Shown here one piece after another: positions 1 through 11,670 of a stretch of DNA of 32,000 bases. The stretch is taken from positions 660,001 to 692,000 of the forward strand of contig CAVRAI010000015.1 in the NCBI GenBank assembly GCA_963718915.1. Direction: 5' to 3'. The position numbers and the translations under genes are program-made. The notes under the pieces were generated by a model. The model was given only the letters and a program-made list of their open reading frames with translations, was not told the origin of the DNA and did not search any database. The first letter of the stretch is position 1. Each line of letters starts with the position of its first letter. This DNA comes from an uncultured Chloroflexia bacterium. GTDB taxonomy: Bacteria > Chloroflexota > Ktedonobacteria > Ktedonobacterales > JADMIN01.

Positions 1-209
1 GAGGAAAAGCGGCAAATGTACTATGAAAAGCAGCAAATTCCCCAGCGCTGACGAGAAACGGTATCACGCTTGATTTCCGAGCTGTTTGTATGCCAAAAAT
101 ACAGTGGCACAAGCTTTCAAAAAGAGGCAATTCTGGCGTCCGGGCATTTTCTCGCTATGCTCTAGCCGCACGCTGTTCTCCATCCGTAGCAGGACTGGTA
201 AGGCGAATA

Positions 210-2075
210 ATGGCCGACTATCGTCAGCAGTCAGAGAATCCGCGCAAGCAACTTGCTCGCATTTTCAACACGACAGTCAGTGACAAGGAAGTCGGCTCCT
301 GGCTCATCACTGAAGATTTTTTCTCCAGCGATGTTAGCGCACCACTCCGACCAGACTCTGCGGCGGTACGGGGACGCACACTCCGTGCGGTTGCATGGCA
401 GTTGATCGAGGACCATAACCGCCAGTTTATCAAAGGGTCCACAAAATCAGTGTGCGCTAATGAGAAGTGCGCGCAATGGACGAAACTGCGCCAATGGCAT
501 CTCATGGCGCTCCTCTATTCCTGGGATGATAACGCGGGTTTGCAGCGACCGAAGAGTATCAAAGAGCTTTACAATATTGGCAAGCGCGCAAAAGCGGAGC
601 GCAAGCGGGTCCGCAACCCGGCAGGTAAACGACGGACGCCCGATGAGTCACTATTTGACGATCCTTTTGTGGGTCAAGGATACAGCGAGAGAACATATGG
701 CAGCGCCAAGGCCGCCGTGTTCGACGCACTCTATGAGCATCTGTGCGATCCCGATGACCCGATCATCCGCAGAGCGCTGAGGGCGTTGGCGGGGACACCG
801 CCTGCTTTGGTGGCAGTCCGCCAGGAGATAACCCTGCCCGCGTCCTCATCCTCATTGGATGTGGCGTCGCCAAGCCAGACATCTGCTTCACCACTGGAAA
901 ACCTCGATCCAGCGCCAGCATATTCCGGCGATGTTCCGGCAATTCTCTACATAGACGAAACGACCATCCCAGGGCGGGATGCTACAACCCTGCCACGCAC
1001 GTTCCGCCCTCCCCGATTCATGCGGCAGTGGCGACTCTGGTTGCAAGTCATTGGCGCTATCGCTGTTCTCTTTGCCTGCCTCATCACCACAGGGGCGCCG
1101 CCATTCGTCAGTACCCTGACATGGAGAAGCGCAGAGTTGTCTGGTTGGCTGATAGCTCGTCAGGGGATAGCGCGCGAACCGCCGATCCTTGCGGTGGTAA
1201 GTTTACGCAGTGGCGACTGGCGTGCGCTCTGGCCACCTCAAAGTGTCATAGACGGGCAGACACAGGTCACTCAATTCTTGCCAGGAACCAACTCAGTTAC
1301 CGCGCCCGCATTCACAGCGAGGGGCAACCAGATTGCATTCGTTGCCAGGGATAACAATCAGGTTGCGGCCATTTATAAGGCGACGCTGGTGATAGGGTCG
1401 GATGGCTGGCCAACGATTGCCGGAACTGGTCCACAGAGGCTCGTGGAGTGTAACTGCGGCGCCGTGACATGGACACCCAGCGGGCAATGGCTTCTCTATA
1501 ACAGCCCTGGGGGATTGATGGCTGTCGCAAACGATGGCACACGCACACGCACCATCACCACCAATGGCCGAGATGGCTGGCCCGCCTGTTCACCGGATGG
1601 CCACTACCTCGCCTATCAACGCGATCAGCATGGCATTGTCGTGATCCCCACGATGGACTGCCTGCCCGATGCTCATTCCTCCGAGCAGATGCGCTTTCTC
1701 AATGGGTACACTCCGGCGTGGAACCCGTCATGGTCGCCGGATGGGCGATCATTGTCCTTTGTCTCCAATGCGGCAGGGCACAGCGCTGTATACGTCGTCC
1801 CGTTCACCAGTTTCGCGGATCATCTCCAGTATCTGGTTCGCGACTCCGCACAGGTAATAAGCAACTTCGGCTGCGGGAATCCCGTCTGGGCGCAACGAAT
1901 AGCCTCTGTTGGGATTAGCGTGCCTCCTGCCGTCGTCTTCGGCTGCGACCGCCCGACGTCCGATGAACATCATGGCACATTGGGCGTCAGTTCTGGTCTC
2001 AGCATACCTCGATGGAGCTCATCACTCAGCGAGGGTATTATGAACCGCGACAGTTTGTGCTGGATACCAGCGTAG
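210..2075 (+). CDS. Single-pass membrane protein with a basic N-terminal (cytoplasmic?) region and a C-terminal PD40/TolB-like beta-propeller
   Basis: ORF 90..2075. Codons 90-209 are AT3-rich and look non-coding, so ATG 210 (MADYRQQ) is preferred, but the start is uncertain. There is one hydrophobic helix (WRLWLQVIGAIAVLFACLITTGA). Downstream are repeated W-[TS]-P-[SD]-G motifs (WTPSGQWLLY, CSPDGHYLAYQRD, WSPDGRSLSFVSN) typical of PD40/TolB blades. Confidence 0.6.
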   Translation: MADYRQQSENPRKQLARIFNTTVSDKEVGSWLITEDFFSSDVSAPLRPDSAAVRGRTLRAVAWQLIEDHNRQFIKGSTKSVCANEKCAQWTKLRQWHLMALLYSWDDNAGLQRPKSIKELYNIGKRAKAERKRVRNPAGKRRTPDESLFDDPFVGQGYSERTYGSAKAAVFDALYEHLCDPDDPIIRRALRALAGTPPALVAVRQEITLPASSSSLDVASPSQTSASPLENLDPAPAYSGDVPAILYIDETTIPGRDATTLPRTFRPPRFMRQWRLWLQVIGAIAVLFACLITTGAPPFVSTLTWRSAELSGWLIARQGIAREPPILAVVSLRSGDWRALWPPQSVIDGQTQVTQFLPGTNSVTAPAFTARGNQIAFVARDNNQVAAIYKATLVIGSDGWPTIAGTGPQRLVECNCGAVTWTPSGQWLLYNSPGGLMAVANDGTRTRTITTNGRDGWPACSPDGHYLAYQRDQHGIVVIPTMDCLPDAHSSEQMRFLNGYTPAWNPSWSPDGRSLSFVSNAAGHSAVYVVPFTSFADHLQYLVRDSAQVISNFGCGNPVWAQRIASVGISVPPAVVFGCDRPTSDEHHGTLGVSSGLSIPRWSSSLSEGIMNRDSLCWIPA

Positions 2076-2202
2076 CTTGCCGACTGACATCATCTACTTG
2101 CGCCTGATGACAGGACTTTTGGTAACGTTTCCTTTTTGCGCTGCTACCATGAGAATGCTCTAGACAAGCCTCTTTTGGGGTGGTCGGCGCGTGTGGTTCA
2201 GC

Positions 2203-2231
2203 TTGATTCTTTCGTACAGGCGTTCTATAAT
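2203..2231 (+). promoter_or_regulatory. Sigma70-like promoter candidate for uvrA (TTGATT-17 nt-TATAAT)
   Basis: ttgatt at 2203-2208 and tataat at 2226-2231 with exactly 17 nt between them, about 135 nt upstream of the uvrA ATG. Consensus match only, no experimental support. Confidence 0.4.
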
Positions 2232-2366
2232 ATACAGGTTGTCATCCTGCCCGGAGGCGCCATACAACGCCCTCCCACCGGGCGGTTTCCGTCTGTATGC
2301 ACATGCTGAAACACTCTGGCATTATTTCGTGTTATTCCCTGTTAGAAACATCATTGAGGGGCGCCC

Positions 2367-5471
<3,105 letters not shown>

Positions 5472-5483
5472 GGGAATATATTC

Positions 5484-5855
5484 GTGGGCAATGAGCGGGT
5501 AGTCTGGACGACGGGCGCGGGGCAGATTCGCTACTGTAGCAGGTGTGGCAAGCCTGAGGGCGAGTGCCGTTGCCGTGAGGAGCGCCGCCTGGGCAACGCA
5601 TCTGCCCCCCCGCGCGATGGCTTCGTCAGGCTCTCGCTTGACCGCAAGCAGCGACGAGGTAAGGCCGTCACGATTATTGCGGGCCTCCCTGGCGATCTCG
5701 CCCAACTGACCGCGCTTGCCCAGGAGTTCCGCAAGCTCTGCGGCGCGGGCGGCTCGCTTAAAGACGGCAATATCGAGCTACAGGGCGATCACCGCGACAA
5801 GCTGGAGGCGCGGCTGGTAGCGCTGGGCTATAAAATCAAGCGCGTTGGCGGCTGA
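5484..5855 (+). CDS. yciH: SUI1/eIF1-family translation initiation factor homolog (YciH-like)
   Basis: GTG start 13 nt after the uvrA stop. N-terminal Cys cluster (CSRCGKPEGECRC). C-terminal SUI1 fold signature: GKAVTIIAGLPGDLAQLTALAQEFRKLCGAGGSLKDGNIELQGDHRDKLEARLVALGYKIKRVGG. Confidence 0.85.
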   Translation: MGNERVVWTTGAGQIRYCSRCGKPEGECRCREERRLGNASAPPRDGFVRLSLDRKQRRGKAVTIIAGLPGDLAQLTALAQEFRKLCGAGGSLKDGNIELQGDHRDKLEARLVALGYKIKRVGG

Positions 5856-5858
5856 TTC

Positions 5859-6191
5859 ATGCTCCCCTATGCGCCTGATGAGCTGACCGTTCGCTGGTCG
5901 CCTGTCTACCAGCCGGAGTGGGACGAGACGCCTCAGGCCTATGTGGACGCGGGGATCGTCGGCGTTGGTCGGAGCCGTCGGCTGGCGAAGGCGCAGGATA
6001 CACATCGCGCCTTCAAGGCGTATCTGGGAGTCCAGCATTGGGATCCCTCGCGCTGGAATCTGCCCGGCGAGGAGCGCGCCATCTTCTTCCTCTCGCTCTT
6101 CCGCGACAACCGCACGCTGGCGCTGCGCACCTACCCCACGATTCCCGCCGCGCTCGCCGCACTCTACGCTGCCTGGAACGCTCTCGCCTGA
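5859..6191 (+). CDS. Hypothetical protein (110 aa)
   Basis: ATG 4 nt after the yciH-like stop. GC3-rich codon usage matches neighbouring genes. No motif I recognise. Confidence 0.55.
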   Translation: MLPYAPDELTVRWSPVYQPEWDETPQAYVDAGIVGVGRSRRLAKAQDTHRAFKAYLGVQHWDPSRWNLPGEERAIFFLSLFRDNRTLALRTYPTIPAALAALYAAWNALA

Positions 6192-6330
6192 AGCTGTGCC
6201 ACGTGCTACAGTGTCAGATGGGAGTTGCCCGCACAAAGGCGCCTCCATTGCGTAAACACATCGAGGCTCCGGCGTCACCATACAGAGACGATGGCGCGTC
6301 CGCCAGCCTGCCATAGTCAGGAGGCAGCAT

Positions 6331-8223
6331 ATGTATGCGCAATCCGGGACACACAGCCATGGCGCATCGAACGGCGTAAGGCGTCTGCGCATTGCCCTGG
6401 CGCAGATCAACGTGACGGTCGGCGCGCTCTCGGCGAACGTCGAGCGCATCGTTCGCGCGGCCCGCGAGGCGCGCAAGGCAGGGGCGCAGATAGCCATTTT
6501 CCCCGAGCTGGCGATACCCGGCTACCCACCGGAAGATTTGTTGCTGCGGCCAGGATTCGTCGCGGATAATCTCCACGCGCTGGATGACGTCTGCCGCGCC
6601 ACTGCCGACCTGCCCGGCATGACCGTCCTTGTGGGCTTCGCCGACCGGGGCGCCGACCTCTACAACGCTGCGGCGATTCTCCGTGAGGGCGCCTGCCTGG
6701 ATGTCTACCACAAACACTTCCTGCCCAACTACAGCGTCTTCGACGAGGATCGCTACTTCCAGCCCGGCGAGAGCGCTCCGTGCTATCTGATCGATGGCGT
6801 GATGGTGGGCATCTCGATCTGTGAGGATATCTGGTATCCGGGCGGCCCGCCGACGATTCAGGCATACGCGGGCGCGGAGGTTTTGCTGAACCTCAGCTCG
6901 TCGCCGTTCTTCGTGGGTAAGCAGGCCGGACGCGAGCGGATGCTGGCCACGCGCGCCTCGGATACCGGCTCCATCGTCGCCTACTGTAATCTTGTCGGCG
7001 GCCAGGATGAGTTGATCTTTGACGGCAATAGCGTCGTCTTCGACGGCCAGGGCGAGTTGATCGCGCGCGCCAAAGCCTTCGAGGAGGATCTGCTGCTGGT
7101 TGACCTGGATATCGAGGATGTCTTTCGCACTCGCCTGCACGACCCGCGCCGTCGCAAAGAGAAGCTTGATCGGCAGAGCGCCGTGCCCGCGCCGCTGGCT
7201 ATTGGCGGCGAGGCGGCTCATGCCCATTTGTCACCGCCGCCCATCGCCGCACGGATCGAGCCGCTGCTCTCACGCGAGGAGGAGGCCTACCGCGCACTGG
7301 TGCTTGGCGTCCGTGACTATGTGGGCAAGAATGGCTTCTCCTCGGTGGTGATTGCGCTCTCCGGCGGTATAGACTCGGCGCTGACGGCGATGATTGCCGT
7401 GGACGCGCTGGGCGCCGACGCCGTGACGGGCGTCTCGATGCCGTCGCGCTACTCGTCTGATGGCAGCCGCGACGACGCGAAGACGCTGGCCGACAACCTT
7501 GGTATTCGCTATCTGACGCTGCCCATCGAGCCGGTATTTGCCGACATGCTGGATGTCTTGCGGGGACCGTTCGAGCTATTTCCCTCGTCGTCTACCCTGC
7601 CCGAAGAGAACCTTCAGGCGCGCATCCGGGGCAATCTGCTGATGGCGCTCTCGAATCGCTCCGGGGCGATAGTGCTGACGACGGGCAACAAGTCGGAGAT
7701 GGCCGTTGGCTATGCGACGCTCTATGGCGACATGGTGGGCGGATTCGCCGTCCTCAAAGATGTCTTCAAGACATTCCTGTATGATCTGGCGCGCTGGCGT
7801 AACGCTCAGGCGGGTCGCGACCTGATTCCCGAAAACACGATCATCAAGCCGCCCTCGGCGGAGCTGCGTCCCGACCAGAAAGATACGGATTCGCTGCCGC
7901 CCTATGAGGTGCTGGATCCCATCTTGCAGGCGTACGTCGAGGATGACCGCTCGCCCGCCGCGATTGTTGATATGGGCTACGATGCGGTAACGGTGCAGCG
8001 TGTCATAAAAATGGTGGAGCGGGCGGAATACAAACGGCGTCAGGCGCCTCCAGGCGTGAAGATTACCGAGCGGGCGTTTGGACGTGATCGCCGCCTGCCC
8101 ATCACCAATGGCTACAGTAGCGGAACGGGGTCGCCACGCACGAACGATATACACGGGCCAGCCGAGACAACGCGCGCACGCGCCAGCGCCAATGGTGGCC
8201 GTCACGCGCGCCGTGGCAGTTAG
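6331..8223 (+). CDS. nadE: Glutamine-dependent NAD+ synthetase (CN-hydrolase domain plus NAD synthetase domain)
   Basis: AGGAGG at 6319-6324, 6 nt before the ATG. N-terminal nitrilase-type triad context (FPELAIPGY, HKHFLPNY, ISICEDIWY). C-terminal ATP-pyrophosphatase SGGIDS motif (ALSGGIDSALTA). About 35 aa of extra basic C-terminal tail. Confidence 0.95.
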   Translation: MYAQSGTHSHGASNGVRRLRIALAQINVTVGALSANVERIVRAAREARKAGAQIAIFPELAIPGYPPEDLLLRPGFVADNLHALDDVCRATADLPGMTVLVGFADRGADLYNAAAILREGACLDVYHKHFLPNYSVFDEDRYFQPGESAPCYLIDGVMVGISICEDIWYPGGPPTIQAYAGAEVLLNLSSSPFFVGKQAGRERMLATRASDTGSIVAYCNLVGGQDELIFDGNSVVFDGQGELIARAKAFEEDLLLVDLDIEDVFRTRLHDPRRRKEKLDRQSAVPAPLAIGGEAAHAHLSPPPIAARIEPLLSREEEAYRALVLGVRDYVGKNGFSSVVIALSGGIDSALTAMIAVDALGADAVTGVSMPSRYSSDGSRDDAKTLADNLGIRYLTLPIEPVFADMLDVLRGPFELFPSSSTLPEENLQARIRGNLLMALSNRSGAIVLTTGNKSEMAVGYATLYGDMVGGFAVLKDVFKTFLYDLARWRNAQAGRDLIPENTIIKPPSAELRPDQKDTDSLPPYEVLDPILQAYVEDDRSPAAIVDMGYDAVTVQRVIKMVERAEYKRRQAPPGVKITERAFGRDRRLPITNGYSSGTGSPRTNDIHGPAETTRARASANGGRHARRGS

Positions 8224-8281
8224 CGGATAATGCGGCATATGATACCAAATCCCTTTGGGTCATTGTCACATCAAGGAGGCA

Positions 8282-8352
8282 GGCCGTAGTGTGAGCGCTA
8301 CGGCGAATGCTGCGTTGCGGCGGGAAAATTCGCCGTTGCCTTCAGGCTACGG
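8282..8352 (+). repeat. Intergenic double-hairpin repeat, family 2, copy 1
   Basis: gccgtag..ctacggc hairpin, then a ggcgaat..attcgcc hairpin, then gccttcaggc. A second copy at 29036..29097 has the same flanks. Lies 59 nt after the nadE stop. Confidence 0.7.
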
Positions 8353-8406
8353 CATGCTTCCTCGCTACACAGGTTTGCCAGGCTTGGTATGAGAGGAGGT
8401 ATGCGC

Positions 8407-9312
8407 ATGACGCAGCAGGATGTGATGGCTCTGCGCGAGCTGCATGCCTCCGATGAGGGCGGCATCCGGCACATTCTCGATACCTCGGAGTATGTGCATT
8501 TTCACTTTGATCTCGACCAACTCTCACGATTGGTCGAGCGCTACCCCGCCGTCGGGGCGTTCAGTGTGCCTGCCGGGCCACTCGGTCGCGTAGCGGGGGG
8601 AACGCTACAAGCCTTCCTGCTCGTTAACTGGCTGGCGCCGCCGAGCGCGTGGCTGGGCGGCTTTGGCGTCACCTGGAGCCAGGGTGAGCGCTTCGAGGAG
8701 TATCTCGATCCGCTGTTGGAGCAGATAACGCGGCGGATAGTGGCGCGTGGCGCGCAATCGCTCTACTATTCTGGCGGCGACATCGACAACGATTGGCTCG
8801 GCGAGAGCCTATCGAAGCGCGGCTTTATGCTAACCAGTCTGCTGCGCTCCTATGACAAGAGCGACTTTGCCATCCCCTCGGAGGGCAATACACAGGTGCG
8901 GGTGCGCCATTTTGCTCCTGATGATGTGCCGGGCGTGGTGGCTGTAGAGCAGGCATGCTTTGCCCCGCTCTGGCAGCGTGACGCGGCTGATATACTCGAT
9001 GTAGCCGCAACGTACCCCTACTTCGTCGTCGCCGAGGATGAACATGGGATCGTTGGCTATCAGTTCAATACTGTGGATGCCGTCACGGGCTATCTGGTGC
9101 GCATCGCGGTGCATCCGCGCGCATGGGGTACAGGCGTCGGCACGCGGCTGATGGCCGAGGCGGTGCGCTATTTCCAGCAGCGCCGTGTCTGGAAGATCGT
9201 CCTCAACACCGAGGAAGAGAATTACCGCGCCCACGCGCTCTACGAGTGGTTCGGATTCCAGTTGATCGAGCCGCGCGGGTTCGTCCTTGGCCGCGATATC
9301 GCACAATCCTGA
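8407..9312 (+). CDS. GNAT-family N-acetyltransferase (two-domain)
   Basis: ORF from 8389. AGGAGG at 8393-8398 fits ATG 8407 best (8 nt spacer). C-terminal acetyl-CoA motif RIAVHPRAWGTGVGTRLMAEAV plus ALYEWFGFQ. Confidence 0.8.
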   Translation: MTQQDVMALRELHASDEGGIRHILDTSEYVHFHFDLDQLSRLVERYPAVGAFSVPAGPLGRVAGGTLQAFLLVNWLAPPSAWLGGFGVTWSQGERFEEYLDPLLEQITRRIVARGAQSLYYSGGDIDNDWLGESLSKRGFMLTSLLRSYDKSDFAIPSEGNTQVRVRHFAPDDVPGVVAVEQACFAPLWQRDAADILDVAATYPYFVVAEDEHGIVGYQFNTVDAVTGYLVRIAVHPRAWGTGVGTRLMAEAVRYFQQRRVWKIVLNTEEENYRAHALYEWFGFQLIEPRGFVLGRDIAQS

Positions 9313-9327
9313 AGGAGAAAATCGCCA

Positions 9328-10368
9328 GTGTTCATCGTCGACGCGCATGAAGATATCGCCTCGAATGTGCTGCACCACGGGCGCGATGTGCGCCGGAGCG
9401 TCGCCGAGACGCGCGCCATCGAGCAGGCCGCTACCTGGGAGCCGGGAACATATCATTCCGAGACGGCGATGATTGGCCTGCCCGATCTGCGGCGTGGTGG
9501 CGTTGGGCTGGTCTGTGCGACGATCTTCGTCTTCCCTGGTGAGGCGGAGGCGATGGTGGACGATGGCCTGGCGCAACTCCGCTACTATGCTGAGCTGGCC
9601 GAGTCCACACCTGGCGTGCGCATCATCACGAACCGCGCCGCGCTGGATGGGCTGGTGAGCGACTGGCAGGTCGCGCCAACGCCTGACGAGCGCCCGGTGG
9701 GCTTCGCTCTGCTTCTGGAGGGCGCCGATCCCCTGCGCAGTCCCTCCGAACTGGCGGCATGGCACGCCGAGGGACTGAGGATTGTCGGGCCAGCATGGCG
9801 GGGCACACGCTACGCTGGTGGCACGGGGATGCCGGGCGGGCTGACCGACCCTGGTCGGGGGCTGTTGCGCGAGATGGCGGCGCTGGGGATGATTCTGGAT
9901 ATCAGCCACCTGGCGGAGCAGAGCGTCTGGGATGCGCTGGATGTCTTCAATGGCGTGGTAATTGCCAGCCACGCCAACTGCCGCGAGTACGTCCCCACCG
10001 ACCGCCAGCTCAGCGACGAGACGATTCGCGCGCTGGCCGAGCGTGATGGCGTGATTGGCGCGGTGCTGCACAATGCCTTTCTCGTCGGCGGCTACGTCCG
10101 CGGTTCCGGTGTCCCTGTCCACCTGGATGCCGTCGTGCAGCATATCGACCGCGTCTGCCAGCTGACCGGCAGCGCCCGCCACTCCGCCATCGGCAGCGAC
10201 TTCGACGGCGGCGCGGGCGTCGAGTCTACCCCCGTAGAACTGGACTCCGTAGCCGACCTGGGCCGCATTGGCGACGCGCTCAGCGAACGAGGCTATAGCG
10301 CGTCCGATGTCGAGGGCATCCTTGGGGGCAACTGGCTGCGGGTGCTGCGGCGCGGGCTGCCGGAATAA
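9328..10368 (+). CDS. Membrane (renal-type) dipeptidase family protein, peptidase M19
   Basis: GTG start with AAGGAG at 9312-9317. Motifs VDAHEDI (metal-binding HxD position), ISHL, IASHANC, IGSDFDGG, consistent with the M19 fold. Confidence 0.8.
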   Translation: MFIVDAHEDIASNVLHHGRDVRRSVAETRAIEQAATWEPGTYHSETAMIGLPDLRRGGVGLVCATIFVFPGEAEAMVDDGLAQLRYYAELAESTPGVRIITNRAALDGLVSDWQVAPTPDERPVGFALLLEGADPLRSPSELAAWHAEGLRIVGPAWRGTRYAGGTGMPGGLTDPGRGLLREMAALGMILDISHLAEQSVWDALDVFNGVVIASHANCREYVPTDRQLSDETIRALAERDGVIGAVLHNAFLVGGYVRGSGVPVHLDAVVQHIDRVCQLTGSARHSAIGSDFDGGAGVESTPVELDSVADLGRIGDALSERGYSASDVEGILGGNWLRVLRRGLPE

Positions 10369-10385
10369 ACGAGGCGGGCGGTTAA

Positions 10386-10438
10386 AACCGCGCCTGAATG
10401 GCCTGTGGCCACAAAACCCGCCTACGCGGGTTGCAGAG
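10386..10438 (+). repeat. Intergenic double-hairpin repeat, family 1, copy A
   Basis: aaccgcgcctgaatGGCCtgtGGCCacaaAACCCGCctacGCGGGTTgcagag. Related copies at 22703..22754 (+) and 24362..24424 (-). Lies 18 nt after the dipeptidase stop. Confidence 0.75.
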
Positions 10439-10771
10439 TAGACTCGTGCCGTTCCCATTAGAGAAGGTGGCGTCTTAGATCGAGGGCCAGGGCGGTGTCA
10501 TCGCGGGCATCGCCAGCCTGCACATCGACGAGAACGAGCAGACGGAATCGCTGCGAGCGCGTTATCACTGCGTCCAGGCTGTGCCGGACATGTAACGTTG
10601 TTGTTTGGTTGACTCCAGGTTCACTGCTACGGTACTCCCTTGCGTTTGGGTATGCGCAGCACTGCCGACCATGGGCACGTACAACTTCGGTTGATGGCGC
10701 GGGGTGTGTGGGAGAAGTTGAGGCTGACGTTCGTAAGTCCATTCACTTTCGCGCTCAACGGAGGAGACACC

Positions 10772-11152
10772 ATGTTGTCAGATCGTCCCATCCATACGCC
10801 ACTTCCAGCAACAGACATGGAGCGTGCCCGCCGATTCTATGCCGAAAAGCTCGGCATGACCCCGGAGACCGAATTGCCAGACCCGCGTGATGGTGTGTTC
10901 TACCGCTGCGGCGGCACGCGATTTCTGCTCTTTCCCTCACAGACGCCCTCTTCGGGAACTCACACGCAGATGACCTGGCTGACGGACGACATCGAGGCTG
11001 AGGTGGCTGCTCTCCAGGCGCGTGGCGTCGTCTTTGAAGAGTATGATTTGCCGGGCCTGAAGACCGTCAACGGTGTCGCGACGATTGGCGAAAGCAAGGG
11101 CGCCTGGTTCAAGGACAGCGAGGGCAATCTGCTCGCCCTGGGCGAGTTCTGA
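10772..11152 (+). CDS. VOC (glyoxalase/bleomycin-resistance/dioxygenase) family protein
   Basis: ORF from 10640, but GGAGGAG at 10761-10767 precedes ATG 10772 (MLSDRPIHTPLPATDMERARRFYAEKLGM). The C-terminal WFKDSEGNLLAL is typical of VOC domains. Confidence 0.8.
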   Translation: MLSDRPIHTPLPATDMERARRFYAEKLGMTPETELPDPRDGVFYRCGGTRFLLFPSQTPSSGTHTQMTWLTDDIEAEVAALQARGVVFEEYDLPGLKTVNGVATIGESKGAWFKDSEGNLLALGEF

Positions 11153-11298
11153 CCGGCTGTGATGGCAGGGTTTGCCAAACCGTTATCCCTTGTGGCGCAT
11201 ACGATAGTTAGGCGGCGCGCAATCCGCTCGGCCAGCTCGCCGCTCCATAGCTACTGCGCTATCGACCACGTATGCGCCAAACTAACAGGAATCTGCGA

Positions 11299-11307
11299 TG
11301 ATATAAT
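11299..11307 (+). promoter_or_regulatory. Extended -10 promoter candidate (TGaTATAAT) for the TA operon
   Basis: tg at 11299-11300 and tataat at 11302-11307, about 43 nt upstream of ATG 11350. No convincing -35. Confidence 0.35.
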
Positions 11308-11349
11308 CAGGCAGTAACCATGCCGCAGTAATTCATGGAGGGCAAAGCT

Positions 11350-11670
11350 ATGGCTGTAGAGCGCAAGATAGATGGCGCGACGCTGCCAGAATCCTTTCAG
11401 GAGATGGTCGAGGAAGCCGCTGAGCAAGGTCAGCCGGTGGTCATCGAACGTTTCGGTCAGGTTCTTGGCGTGGTGATTAGTCCAGGCGATTTCGCATTGC
11501 TCATGGCTCGTAAGCGCGCACTCGCTGAACTGGGCGATATCGTTGAACAGGTGCGCGCCAGATTTGCCGATCTTCCAGAAGATGAAGCAATAGCCGAGGC
11601 TGAACGCGCCGCACTGGAGACGAGATCTGAGATGCGTGCGGAGCGCTTGACAGAGCAGGCTGATAAATAG
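11350..11670 (+). CDS. Phd/YefM-like type II antitoxin
   Basis: ORF from 11335. GGAGGG at 11336-11341 favours ATG 11350. The N-terminal segment QPVVIERFGQVLGVVISPGDFALL resembles the Phd/YefM core. Acidic helical C-terminus. Its stop TAG overlaps the GTG of the PIN gene by 1 nt (taGTG). Confidence 0.7.
   Translation: MAVERKIDGATLPESFQEMVEEAAEQGQPVVIERFGQVLGVVISPGDFALLMARKRALAELGDIVEQVRARFADLPEDEAIAEAERAALETRSEMRAERLTEQADK

Noticed and set aside
1-51. Partial + strand ORF ending at TGA 49-51 (..EEKRQMYYEKQQIPQR*)
   Set aside because: Only 16 codons are visible. The stretch is AT-rich with no motif, so I cannot tell coding from non-coding.
2300-2366. Possible LexA/SOS operator near uvrA (gttagaaacatcattgag) and upstream of dinG
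   Set aside because: No GAAC-N4-GTTC palindrome or other convincing inverted repeat is present. The resemblance is limited to a single GAAAC half-site.
10458-10742. 94-aa minus-strand ORF in the 400-nt dipeptidase-VOC spacer; its last 36 codons (10458-10568) have GC3-rich, gene-like usage (..RFRLLVLVDVQAGDARDDTALALDLRRHLL*)
   Set aside because: It could be the 3' remnant of a decayed gene. But there is no ATG or RBS, no recognisable domain, and the upstream part of the ORF looks non-coding. This is not enough support to call a CDS or pseudogene.
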